A stretch of DNA of 64,000 bases from Lama guanicoe. Lineage: Eukaryota. The DNA is taken from NCBI GenBank assembly GCA_013239625.1, contig MU053881.1:10716873-10780872 (forward strand). The letters are read 5' to 3'. Below the pieces are notes generated by a model. That model ran no database searches. It saw only the letters and a program-made list of their open reading frames with translations, and had not been told where the DNA came from. This document shows, piece after piece, positions 25,282 through 37,440 of this stretch. The position numbers and the translations under genes were made by a program. Position 1 is the stretch's first letter. Every line of letters starts with the position of its first letter.

Positions 25282-28200
25282 GAAATCTACAGAAGATGGG
25301 GGCCTGTGTGCACATAAAACGTGATCAGAGCCCAGGACACAAGTCTGAATTGCTTCTTAGATGTCATTAAATGACTACCTGTTATTAAATGTTGCTATTT
25401 CCCATGATAAAAGGCCAACCATAATGCCTCTGATATACAGGATGTCAATCAGCAGCAAATAACTAATTCCACAATTCTTATACAGCTCACCTGTCTGATG
25501 GTGCATTTATGCAGCTATGGTTAATGCCTTTATTTCTATGATGTTGAAGGGTTTCAAGCAATCTTTCTTCACTAGGAATAATCTGAACAACATATTTCTA
25601 AGGGAAATTTTTTCCAAAACACACCTTTTCTCCATCACCTCATTTATTATTAAATAGTACTTACAAAGGTGTTGTTTACATGTTAACAAGGATACTGAGG
25701 GTATACTGACCTTGTCCCAATGATGTAAGTATTCAAGTCTATTAACTTGATGAACAAATAGTAGGTTTAAAGGCTATAAGAAATTAACAAAGTTGGGGTA
25801 AGAGGGAGAGGAAATGGGTCAAAGAGAGAGAGGGAGGGAAAGAGAGAGGGAGGGAGAGGAAATATATGAGAGAATTCTAAATTAATGCATTGTTTCGCCT
25901 TTCTGCTTTGCTGTTAACAAATGTAGATTCAAAATTCTTGCTTTTCTACACGTGGATAATGAGCTTCGTGTTTCTTTCATAACTTCATATTTATCGGTTT
26001 TATTTTTTGCCACTTAACCAGTTTCAAAGTTTGAAATCCTGCTTTGATTTCCCTTTTGCTATACCCAAAGTGGCTAGACGTGATGTTAAAAAAAAAATAC
26101 TACTTATTAGAGAAAAAAGCAAATTTAGAAAGCCAATGATAAGAATTATAATTACTTTTCACTAAGGATGTAATTATACACTGATAACTTCCAATTACAG
26201 AAATAGTGGAGAGATGGGAAGGAAAAAAAAAGATAACTCAGTTTGCCCAACAATTATTTTCTCAAAGACTAGATACTCAGGTCTTTGGAGACTCTGTGAA
26301 TCAGAACTTTCTTGGATTCACAGCTAAGTCTGTAAGGATATTTTTGTAAGTATCACCTAAAATGACAGTGCAGTAGAGAGCCACAAATGCTGAGTTCAAA
26401 ATTCTCATTGCATCAGCCACTTCTTTCTCGTGGGTCTCTTTAGACTTTAGACTGTATCTCTCCTGATCACAGCAAAGTACGTGTTTGTCCGTGATCACTA
26501 CATCCTATGCTGCAAAGACGAACGTGTACTCAACTTCTCGGTCATCGTTGGCGAACAGGTAATGTTTTGATGATTTATAAAAGGCACTGATGTTTTAGTA
26601 ACTTATTGATACAGATTGCATTTGTACCTATTTATAAAATACTAATAGTATTCCCTCGTCTACAGAATCATGCACACAAGGAATACATTTGTAAAGTGTT
26701 TGTAAAGCTCTATGTATGCTTATATTTGTATTTATACAAATTACCCTGTGTCCTACAGCACTCATTTGTGTGCATGTTTTTTTTTTTTTCAGTAGACTCA
26801 ACTTTACACAGCAGACAATATGCATTCGGTAGGTGATTTCAAATTAAATGATCAAAACATATTTTCATCATTTTGTTATGTAAAGCGCATTCAAGTTATT
26901 GGCAAATGTTAAATTACCGAATCAATAAGCTTCTTTCTCTGACTTTTAAGTCCAATGACTGACTATTAAGCTTGTGGAATTCATACATTGAACAGGTGAA
27001 GCATTGACCTAGAAGGGTTATTTATGAGTCTATTTTCTACTCCCTTTTCAAGTCAAATATTATTTTTCAATTGAAAATACTGTTTGACTTAACAACGTGG
27101 ATCTGAGTATGTAGGTCAAGTAGTGACCCCAACCTACTGCAAGTGAGAAAACATGTCGGTCACAGGACCAGGGTAGATTGACGGCTACTATCATCAGGTC
27201 AAACAATATTAATCCACCATTAAATTAAAGGAGCACCAAAAATGATGACTGTTATTTAAAAAAAAATCTATCACAGTCCAAATGATGCCATTCATCTTGA
27301 AATACATTTCTTCCACTCCTCCAGAAAAGTTGATATATTTTATTAAAGTCTGCGCACTGGAGTGACAGAGAATCACAAAGTGAGGGACCTACAGAGATGT
27401 CCTTCAAACATTTCAAGGGGTGTGAAACAAAGAAGAACATGCCTTTCTGAAGTTGTGGCCTCTGAAACTGTTACGTTTGTAGCAAATGTTTATCTTTTCA
27501 CGGTCAGTCTGGGGTGTCTAAGCATGTATCCCCACTTGAACAGTTTTCCGACCATATTCAGCCACTGGCATCAGCTCTTAAACTTAGGGCATCCCTGAAG
27601 GTGATGAATTAATGATCATTAACATGACTGTGTGAGGTATTTTAGGAAATGCTTTTTTAATTTGACGGCAAAAAATTTCAAATATATTTATAAAATTGAG
27701 AATAATTAGAAGATCTATATATTCATCTTCAACCACCACTAGTTTTCTGCTCTTCTGCTTCATATACCCCTCCATTCACTACTTTACCCCAATTCCAATA
27801 CACACACACACACCCCTTTTGTTTGCTTCTCACCCAAGTACATGAAGGCAAATCTCAAGCACCTTATTATTTCATCTTGAATTATTTTTGTATGTAATCT
27901 CTGAAGACTTAAAAATTAAACCAAAATATATCTTAGCACCAAGGAAAATTAACAAAAATCCACAACTATCAGACAATATTCAGAATCTTTGAACTGTCTC
28001 CAAATATCTTAATGTTTCTTTTTCTGGATACTTTGAGTAGATTGCTGGCTTCCAATGGAATGATGGTTGTTTTTATGGTAGGACATTTTATGAAATCCAA
28101 AAAACAAATCAGCTTCTGTATGGAAAATATTTCTTAGCATATAAACATTACTTTTCTAATGAAATTTATCATAAACTCCTAATGAGTGGAAACTAATAAA

Positions 28201-28559
28201 AAATAAAAATCGGGGTATGATAAAACACGAACAGCAATCCCCGAAGCCTGTCAGTACCAAACATCAGTAAAAACCATCCTAAGACACACAGAGTTACTAT
28301 GTGAAGAAACACTTCTTTAGATTTGAACATAGAAAGCAGCTTGAGGGAAACAGCAATGAAACTTAAAGATGAAGAATCGAGACTGAACTGAAGCGTCCGT
28401 TCTGTCCTAGCCATCTTAGACAAGTGTGAAGCCACGTTGCTTCACAGCCCTCTGACATGAGGGGTGGTTCTAGCGAGGACCAAGTGAAAAGAAGGTGGCC
28501 AGCACCCCACACACAGTGTAAGGAGCCACAGAATGCTGACGCGTATTTTCTGTCTAACT

Positions 28560-29724
28560 TTGGTCTTAGCTGTAGTCAAAATTCTTTGCTTCTCCCACTC
28601 CAGGGAACTTCAAGCCGTTTCATGCCATCGACTTTTCATATTCCCTCGTCCATTACATCTCCCCACTTCCCACTGCCCCAGTTAATGGGCCACAGTCAAG
28701 CATCACCTCTCCTTTACAGACACACCCTCCTGTTCCCTGCCCTTCTCCAACTGGGACTCCCAAGTTTCGCCACATCACATGCAGGTAAAATTCAACTTTC
28801 CACCTACGCCTCATCTGCACCCCTGAAGCTGACAGCACCTAAAGAAAAAGCTCATATGATTACTAGTTGGTTTCACTTTAAATTCATATCCAGGAACTTC
28901 AAAGTGAGTCCTAATGCTATGAGGCCAACATCAGGACTTCTCAGCCCATTCGCACACTCTCTCTCAGTTGTAAATATTTCCACCTTCTTTCCTTAAACTC
29001 CTATCATCTCCTCCTCTATCCTCATTTTCCACTGGTGACCTTGCCTGGTATTTCACAGACCAACTGAAAACAATGTGCAGAGGACTTCCACAGACCACCA
29101 CCAACCACATCCACCTGTCCTGGGTTCCACATCCTCCTACTCCAATTCTTGAATTTCTTCTCTCACCGCCAATCTCTTTACATCACAGAACTCCAGGACC
29201 CAGTCTTTGGAACTATCTACATTCACTTTATTGGTGATCTCATCCATTTTCTTTGTTTCAAAAACTATCAGTACCCCGACTCCTAGATTCATAGCTCTAG
29301 CTCAGACCTCGCTCCCATATTTCAACATTGTCTGCCCATAAACACTCACCTGTCAGCACCAAAGCTGAACTTCAGTTCTAATATCAAAACCTGCTCTACT
29401 GTAAGCCATCACTATCTCAGCAGATAGAAATGTCATTCTTTCAGCAGCTCATGCAATCCTTCCCTTGTCTTTCTCTCTCGTATCCTGCTTCCAATCCATC
29501 AAACCTCATTAACTTCAAAATGCATGCAGAATTCAACAAATTCTTCCGAGCTCCATTATGAAGTCGACTTTGCTCTGAATCAGCATATTGTTTTGTCTAG
29601 CCACTTCATAGCCTCCTTTTCTCCCCTCACTCATGCACCAGCCATCTATTACTTTTCAAACCTAAAACATTTCACTCTTCAGTCCAATTTTGCCAGAAAG
29701 TCCTCATTTCTCTCAGAGTAGAAG
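28560..29724 (+). mobile_element. L2 LINE (5' part, interrupted by L1)
   Basis: C/T-rich sense-L2 pattern: ctggtgaccttgcctggtatttcacaga, ggtgatctcatccatttt, ctctagctcagacctc, ccaaagctgaacttc, ccaatccatca. Confidence 0.7.
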
Positions 29725-30710
29725 TCAAAAAGACAAGAAACAACAAGGGTTAGTGAAAATGTAGAGACAAGGAAAATGTCGGTGCAGCTACTATGGAAAA
29801 CAGAACAGAGATTCCTTAACAAACTAAAAATACAACTACCATAAAATCCAGCAATCTCACTTCTGAGTATTTATCCCACAAAAACCAAAACACTAACTCA
29901 AGAAAAAGGATGTACCCATGTGTTTATTGTAGCCCTATTTACAATAGCCAAGATATAGAAGCTAACTAAGTCAGTCTACAAATGAGTGAATAAAGAAGAT
30001 GTGGTATATACGGTTGACCCTTGAACAATGTGGGGGTTGGAACAGCAAACCATGCCCCACCCACAGTCAAAGATTCAAGTATAACTTTACAATCAGCCTC
30101 CATAAACACGATTCTACATTTGCAGATTTAACCAACCACGGATCAGTAGTGCTGCAGAACACATTTATTAAAAAAGACCCACATGTAAATGGACCTGCAC
30201 AGTTCAAACCTGTGTTGTTCAAGGGTCAACTGCATATACAATGGAATATTACTTAGCCATAAAAAAGAATGAAATCTTGCCACTTTCAGCAACATGGATG
30301 GACCTGGAGGGTATTACGCTTAGAGAAATAAGTCAGACCAAGAAAAACATGTACCTTATGATTTTATGTATGTGGAATCTGAAAAACAAATGAAACAAAA
30401 CAAACAGACTCATAGATACAGAGAACCAACAGGTGGTTGCCAGAGGGAAGGGGGGTTGGGGGACTGACAAAGTAAGTGAAGGTGATTAAGAGGTACAAAC
30501 TTCCAGCTATAAAGTAAGCCAGGGGGAAACAGTGCACACACAGAGAATATACTCAATAGTACTGTGATGATCTTGTATGGTGGCACAGTCATTGGTCTTA
30601 CTGAAGTGATCATTTCACAATGCAAAAAATAGCGAATCACTACATTATACATCTGAAACTAATATTGTATGTTAATTACAACTCAAAACATTAAATTAAA
30701 ATGTTAAAAA
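29725..30710 (+). mobile_element. L1 3' fragment (L1MA9/laurasiatherian-type) containing MER8
   Basis: ggtgcagctactatggaaaacag, tttacaatagccaagatatagaag, gcaacatggatggacctggagggtatta, 3' UTR cagactcatagatacagagaac..., A-rich tail at ~30690-30710. Confidence 0.88.
30011..30232 (+). mobile_element. MER8 non-autonomous Tigger2-family DNA transposon
   Basis: TIRs cggttgacccttgaacaa...ttgttcaagggtcaactg, ~220 bp, inserted at TA (ta/ca) inside the L1 motif gtggtatata|tacaatggaatatt. Confidence 0.9.
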
Positions 30711-30930
30711 ACTCAAGTAGTCCTCAGGGCTATCAATGAACTGGCATAATCGCTTTTACACCCTCACGAGCTGTGAGGCTACTGGCTCATGCTGCTTGGG
30801 TCTCTGTGTTTCTTGTGACGTGTCAAGCACACACTCACTTCAGGGCCTTTGCTCCAGCTGTTTCTCTCCCTGGGATGCTCTTCTCCCAGATTATTTGCTT
30901 GGCTAAGTGCCTCACTCCTCCTAGTTTTGT
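30711..30930 (+). mobile_element. L2 LINE (continuation after the L1 insertion)
   Basis: caagcacacactcacttcagggcctttgctccagctgtttctctccctgggatgctcttctcccaga is a hallmark L2 3' segment. Confidence 0.75.
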
Positions 30931-31759
30931 TTGCTTGCTTGTTTGTCTTTGTGGCCATGGGAAAAGCTCTGCCCCAGGCAACAAGCAATCCTGCCCTATT
31001 TATCATTCTCTCCAGGTTGGCAAACAGTCTCTGCTTGTCCTGGATGAACAACGAGTTATCCAGGCTAAGCTGCCAGTTATATTGTCTTCCTCTCCTGTTT
31101 GTCACGGTGAAGACAGAGTTCTGATGGCAACCATAGTAACAGCCTCCATTTATTGGGTACCTGCAGCCTGTGGAACAGGTGCTTTGCATATATTATTCCT
31201 GGTCCTAAGAGCATCCTGATATGGTAAATTTCAGTTTATTTTATTAAAAAATTTTTTCATTATTTAAATTATTTATTATTTTTTTAAGAGAGCTATAGGA
31301 AGAGAAAGACACACAGAGAATATCAGAAGTTAATATGACATAATATGAATAGGGGCTACCCCTTAGTTAATGAGGTTTTAAGTGATTTTTTTTCCTTTTA
31401 TCTTTTTTTGGTATTTCTTTTTTCTTTCTTTTCTTTTTTTCTTTTTAGTATTTTCCAGCTATTATGTACTCCCAAATTATTTTTATAGTTAGAAAAAATG
31501 GATTTAACATCTTAGAATCACTAACTGTTTAAACCAGGGTAGAAAGTCCAAACATGAGGAAAACATTCTAAATTCCAGCTGTTTCAATTATATTGATTAA
31601 AAACAGGTTCCCGCATACCTGCTACCACAGGACCTCTACAGTTTCCCCTAGGTTTTCATCAAAACTTCTGTGCATTTGCCCAAATATCCAAATACTTATG
31701 ATCTGTGTGACATTCAGAGATGGTCATCACAAGGATTTGCTGGGGAAGGGAGGTGCCAA

Positions 31760-31900
31760 GGGCAGGTCAGGAGAGTCAGACTCCAGCCCAGGGTTTGTCA
31801 CTGACTTCTTGGGCAAATCACTTAAACCCTTCAGGCCCCTCTTGTGTCATTTCAGAGAGTTAGACAAGGTCATTTCTAAGCTCCCTTCTGGCTCACGTCC
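31760..31900 (+). mobile_element. MIR/MIR3 fragment
   Basis: gtcaggagagtcagactccagccc...ttgggcaaatcacttaaaccct...tagacaaggtcatttctaagctcccttctggctc. Confidence 0.6.
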
Positions 31901-32139
31901 ATGAACTTCCACTTTCTCTACCCTATCCACGCTGTCCTGGGAGGTCACCAATGAGTAAATTGCATTTGGAATGTGTTAAACCTCAGCTGTTCTTCAGTAA
32001 AAGAATGACCATCCATCCAGTAACTAAAGGACAAGGGAGAGACCAGCCATAAAGACTTGGACCATTTCATCCCAAAAGCCTCATCCCCTGGCTTCTGGCT
32101 CTAAACAACACACCCTGCTTAGAGTTCTGCTCTCCCCAC

Positions 32140-33290
32140 AATTTATTATTATTTTAAATTTATTTCTTATTATTTATGACTTATTAAATTATGTATGTAA
32201 CCTAAAAAAACAAAAACAAAACATTTCACGGATTTCTCCTATTCGCCCCGCTACTTCCAGCTTCTGGCAACCACCCATCTATTCTCCCTATCCATAGGCT
32301 GGTGGTGTTTGTTTTTGTTTTTTGATACAACATGTAAGAGCGATCATATAGTATATGTTTTCTTTTGTATGGCTGAGTAATATTCAAATACATATCACAA
32401 TTTCTTTATCCATGCATCTAATACTTGACATTCAGGTTGTTTCTCTATCTTGGCTATTGTAAATGCTGCTGTAATGAACATGCAGGTGAAGGAGAATTAA
32501 TAAAATGGCCACATTTAGGCTAAAAGATTGTTTATTCTTATGCTTGTGCTTAAAATGGTCAACTGACCTGGCTGACCAGTTGCTACTCACAGCTCCAGAC
32601 CCGCTGTTAAAATAAAGCTATTAATTTTACTCTTTCTGCTTTATTCCAGTAATATGAAGTAATAATCATACTTTCTGAGTTGTTCTCCAGGGAGAAGGTC
32701 ACGGAACTGAAACCTTACAAAACAGGCTACATACCAAGAAGACCACACCTTGGGCACTTACCCGACAAAGAGACTGAAAAAGTGACAACCGCCAGCCTCT
32801 ACAGAATTGGCCACCTGGAGGCGTCATGACATCACTCTGCGTGATGATTCTGCTGACTGCTGTCGATGTCTTATTGTTGGAGCTATGGCTACTTAATCAC
32901 CCTACATCATCTTCAAGGTGGGGTCACAGTGCTGAAGGCACTAGGATGCTGAGTCCCCTTTGCCTGGCAAAGCAATGAAGCTGTCTCTTTGCTTCTAAGC
33001 TCCAAGACCCTGTCTCTGAGTTTTAATTTGGCTCCTCAGGGACTGGGGGGGGGGGGCGGCGCGATCTTTCAGCAACACAGCTGCAGGTATCTTTTTGAGC
33101 TAGAGTATTTTTTTTCTTTGGATAAACACCGAGAAGGGAGTCAATGAATCCGGTGGTAGTCTAATTTTCATTTCTGAGGCACTTCTGTAGTGTTCTCTGT
33201 AGTGGCTGCACCCATTTTCACGCCCACCAACAGGGCCCCAGTGCTCCCTTTTCTCCACACCCTCGCCAACACCCGTCTTGCTCTTTGCGG
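32140..33290 (-). mobile_element. L1 3' fragment interrupted by an LTR
   Basis: T-rich tail, tctggcaaccaccc, ggttgtttctctatcttggctattgtaaatgctgctgtaatgaaca|LTR|tgcaggtatctttttgag...gtggctgcaccc...ttttctccacaccctcgccaacac. Confidence 0.82.
32487..33077 (+). mobile_element. ERV1-class solo LTR inserted in L1
   Basis: TGAAGG...GCAACA termini, 4-bp TSD cagg/cagc, U5-like 'cccctttgcctggcaaagcaatgaagct...ccctgtctctgagttttaatttggc'. Confidence 0.85.
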
Positions 33291-33299
33291 AGATCTCAT

Positions 33300-33570
33300 T
33301 TCCTCTGTGAGGCTTACCTTCACCTGTCTTACACTCTAACTTGACCTCCAACCTCTCCCATGCCTCTGGCACCATCACATCCCTTTTCTGTGCTCCGTAT
33401 TTTTTTTCCCAGAGTACAGTCGTAGTTTATTATCACATTCCTGTTTTCATAATATACACTCAAGAAGAGTAGACATCTTTAACCTGTTTTACTATCGGCT
33501 GCATTTCCACTACCCGGAACTGAACCCGGCATATGGTAAGACCTCAATAAATATATTTGAATACATTTTC
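33300..33570 (+). mobile_element. L2 3' end
   Basis: ttcctctgtgaggcttaccttcacc...cggcatatggtaagacctcaataaatatatttgaat. Confidence 0.7.
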
Positions 33571-36500
33571 AAATATTTACCTATTGGCCTTTTCATTAGT
33601 AATCTATTGAGCAACTGAATTTTCTAAATGAGAATATTTACTGAAATAAACACACCAAGACTCGACCATACCCATGTTTAACAGTTGATATTGTCTTTCA
33701 CTGCTGGCAGAAATTCTCAATTTCCATAACACAGTAAAAAGAAAAAAAATCTTAGATTTGTAAATGAATAGCCCATTACCTTAGATATTAAAAGAGGACA
33801 TAAGTTAAAATTAAAAAAAAAACTGTTCTATATTTTAAGAGGTTTTTCTGTTGTTTCGTTACAGGAGGTACAAAATAGTTTAAGAAAAACAAACAAAATT
33901 ACATCTTACAACTCAGACACAGCAAGAAATCAGCAGAGAAGGCTGGAGCTGATAAATTAATGCAATCTTGGGTGTGACTTTTGACAGTTAATAATCTTTA
34001 ATTAATTTAGTCATTGTTTGCCCTTCAAGATAAAAATGGATATCTATTCATTCTTAGGCCATTATTTTATTTAACACAATGAACTTAAGTTGAAAACTCT
34101 TTTGAGCAGCGAACTTTATTACAATTAGACTCACTTTAAATTAATAACATCTCACACAAGGAGACTTGCAGATATGCAGAGGCCCCGAGCAATGAAAAAT
34201 GATGGCCTCATTATTCCCGCAATCTTACATTTAGTTCAAAATAGAAACCTATTAAATTTGAATTAAGCATAAGGAATTCGAAGTATTTATTTTCAACATG
34301 TTGACTACTTTAATGTTTTTAAGTTATTAAAAAAAAAAAGTTAACTTCACATACGACAAGATTTTAGCACTGAACTGAAGACGTTACCTCGGAAAACTTG
34401 TAACCCAAACCTGGGATTTCAGTCTTATTTGTCTGCTCTTAAACAGCCGGCTACTCAGATGATGACGGTTTTACACACATTTCTCTACAGGTTATTGGCT
34501 TTTTGGGGAGAAACACACAAGGCTCTTCCATTCCCATCTCTTTTGGGCTCACCCAGCCTCTCTTCCTCCTCAGACTGAGGTCAGATAAGACTTGCTCACA
34601 CCAGCCTGCTCAATGCATTAGCTCATCTACCTATTTTCACTCTGCGCACCAACTCCCCTACTTTGGGGAGCACAGTGCTTTTACCGAGGAAAAGAAAGGT
34701 TCTCCCAAACCAAAGATACCAAACAGGCTACTAACCTTGAGCAAATTTCCGTTCAGCAGCGAGCCTCCTCCCTCCTCCGTGGCCAGCACCCTTCTTCTGA
34801 GGCTGGGGAAAGCGCTCTTACTATCACGGCTTCTCGCGATTCTTCACTGATAGCACCGGGAGAGTCTAGCCCCCCAGCTCCCTGAGGGACGCCGTGCGCC
34901 TCAGGTGTGTCCACTAACTTCATGAGCCATGCCACGACGGAAAGTCTCTTTTTTTCAAGCTGCGGTGGGGGGAGCCAAACTGAAGTCTGATGGGGAGAGG
35001 AAAGAAAGAGACAAAAGCCTTGTTGTCAATGGTTCCACCGTCCTGTTGATCAGTAACAGAAGAAGGAACGTCAAAAACTACAGCTTGAAATGGACACTAG
35101 GGGACCGCTTAGCTTCATTTTCCAGAGGATGTTCCAGAGGACTTTAGGAAAAGGTATAATACACATTCTTACTTAAAGAATTTTTCAAATATAATCTCTG
35201 AATTAACTTCAAAGCAACTAAATCCTGGTACAGACAAGAGGCGCCAGGCACCAGCAGTGGAGTGGCTCTTTGAAGACCTCCAGCTGAATCTCATGTGTTG
35301 TATCCACCTCTTTTCCACTTGAGGGAAATGGAAAAGGGGACAAACATTATTTTTTTTTTTTACCAGCATTAGATATAAAAAGAGGAGGTCTAAGAGATTC
35401 ATTAGGGTAATAAACTATTGTTTCAAGGTTGCCAAAACATACTCAAATGCCAAAGGATTCCATGAAAGGGGAGGGATGGGGGTGAGATTCACACATTTTC
35501 CTATTTTACCTCCATTACTCTGATCCCAGCCTGTCTTCTCTCCTCCTCCCTTTAAATAAAAATCCAGAATCCCTAGGAAGCATTTTAAAAATTGCTTTGT
35601 GGATTTTACCTTATTAGAGAACAAATAAACCTTTCCAATCCCTGTGATACATCAACAAAAAGATTTATTGTTTCTTTGCACGTGTTTTCAGATCCTGTCA
35701 CTAAAATTATAAAGGCTGATGCAAACAAGATGGCAAAAGAGTGGTTTTGTTGTTCGTCGGCCATGCACAATCCATTGATTAAGCTCCTTTACGTGATAGT
35801 TATTTTATGTCAAAACATTACCTTCAGTGCAGCTGAAATTGAAGTATTTTCCTCACCTCCAAAATAATTGAATCAAATGGGAGAAGAATGCATGTGTATT
35901 TGTCCTTTAATTAAACACACAATCAGAAAGACAACTGCAGACTATCACCTATGAATTAAAATGCTAATTCGTTCAAAAGAAGAATATTTTTGATGTCCCG
36001 CTTTGAAATAGAAGAAACACACAACAAAGAAAGGAAGAGAAAAAATGCCACAGGAAGTCAAACACACATTTGCAAAGCTAATTGAGCAAATTCGCCACCA
36101 TTTGACATTTTGCTAAAAGAAAAGGAGCCTTGCAGCTGGGTAAAAGAACAATGCAAACAAAGACAGAAAAATACACAGTCGAAATTGATCTGTGGAACCC
36201 CAGAGCACTAAGATAGCCTTGTACAGAGTGTGAAATTGAACTGTGAGCCACAGAGAAAATTTTTGTCGTTGACACTTCCCAAGATCAGAGGGAAATGTAG
36301 GTGATCTTCCCCTCTTATTTTCCTCTCTAAGAAACTAACCGAGTTGAAGGACGACAAAGAGTCTTAAATCCCCAAACCCTCATTAGGGTTAACAAATGAA
36401 ACCCACAAATGAGGATTAAGAAGATTTCCCACCAGGTACACCGTAAAGCAGAGTTAGGAATGGGGAGTCAGGGGAAAGTCCAAGAGCGAGCTCGGGAGTA

Positions 36501-37421
36501 ATTACCTTTCCAGCCCATAATGATGCACTCCACTAATTCGCAGGACTTGGCTTATTTCTGAATCTAAAACTTTGGCCAAATTTTCGCTTTTGAAGGAAAA
36601 AAAGAGAAAAATCAAATTCCTATTTTGTGTTTCCTAATAAGAACTGAGCCCCTACATCATGTCTCCCCAGCCCGCCTTCCCCTCAACCCATTACTGAAAT
36701 GAAAATGCTGTGATTTACATCCCGGTTCATACTGGCATGGAGCACATATTGAGTTAGGAGTGCCAGGATCCACATGGAAAATAAAGAACTTCTTATAAGC
36801 TCTGCACAGGATGCCAAACAACTGCCAAGTGAGAGGGCCAATCACAGTTCCCCTTTGCAAACATCCCCTTGGACCTCATCAAATTCCCCCCAAAATACTG
36901 AATTCCTAACTGATAGGAACCTGGCTTCAGGTGATACTGTTAACCTCCTAAGGTACTTCTAAGGCCTTTTCAATTTAGCCTGTATGTCCTGCAGCTTCTT
37001 TTCTGTACCATTGGAAAAAATAATGGCTCTTTCCTTTCAAAAGGTGGCCTTGGGCACGGGCAGACGCCTGGTGTGCTTATCAAGTTACCTATCTGCTTGG
37101 ATACTGGCTGCTTCTTTAATTGCAGTGGGGTTGTGGGTAGAAAGGTCACAGCAGGATTCCTCTCTTTTATTGGCCTGATGAGTACTTTGGGGTCTGTCTT
37201 AATAAAGTCCTGTAGGAATATTTTCACCGCTGTTCAGAGGAAATGGAGATATCTTGTTAAATCAGTTTCACTCCGCAGTGAGGATTTATGGGGAGGCCAC
37301 AGAGCTAGAGATGCTCGCTTGGGAAGAGTTGTTCCTGGATTCCACTTCTCCTTACACAGAGCCCAGGTGGCCTGTGTGCTTTCCCTCTTCATCAGCTCTT
37401 TCTGGGGAGGTTCCCCGCAGC

Positions 37422-37440
37422 CTCCCGGCAGGGGGCGAAG
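37422..37440 (+). promoter_or_regulatory. Candidate CTCF site
   Basis: CCGGCAGGGGGCG closely matches the CTCF core CC(A/G)(C/G)(C/T)AG(A/G)(G/T)GGC. It lies in a local CpG-retaining patch. Confidence 0.6.

Noticed and set aside
26301..26498. Minus-strand 65-aa ORF
   Set aside because: It starts at a non-ATG codon, I recognise no homologue, and I see no good minus-strand splice signals. Only the plus-strand exon-like segment is kept as a finding.
27078..27125. Imperfect hairpin (actgtttgactta ... taggtcaagtagt)
   Set aside because: The stem is short with mismatches, too weak for a pre-miRNA or MITE call.
28457..28996. Longest ORF in the track (179 aa)
   Set aside because: It overlaps a decayed L2, the sequence is S/P/L/H-rich as expected from C/T-rich DNA, and no domain is recognisable.
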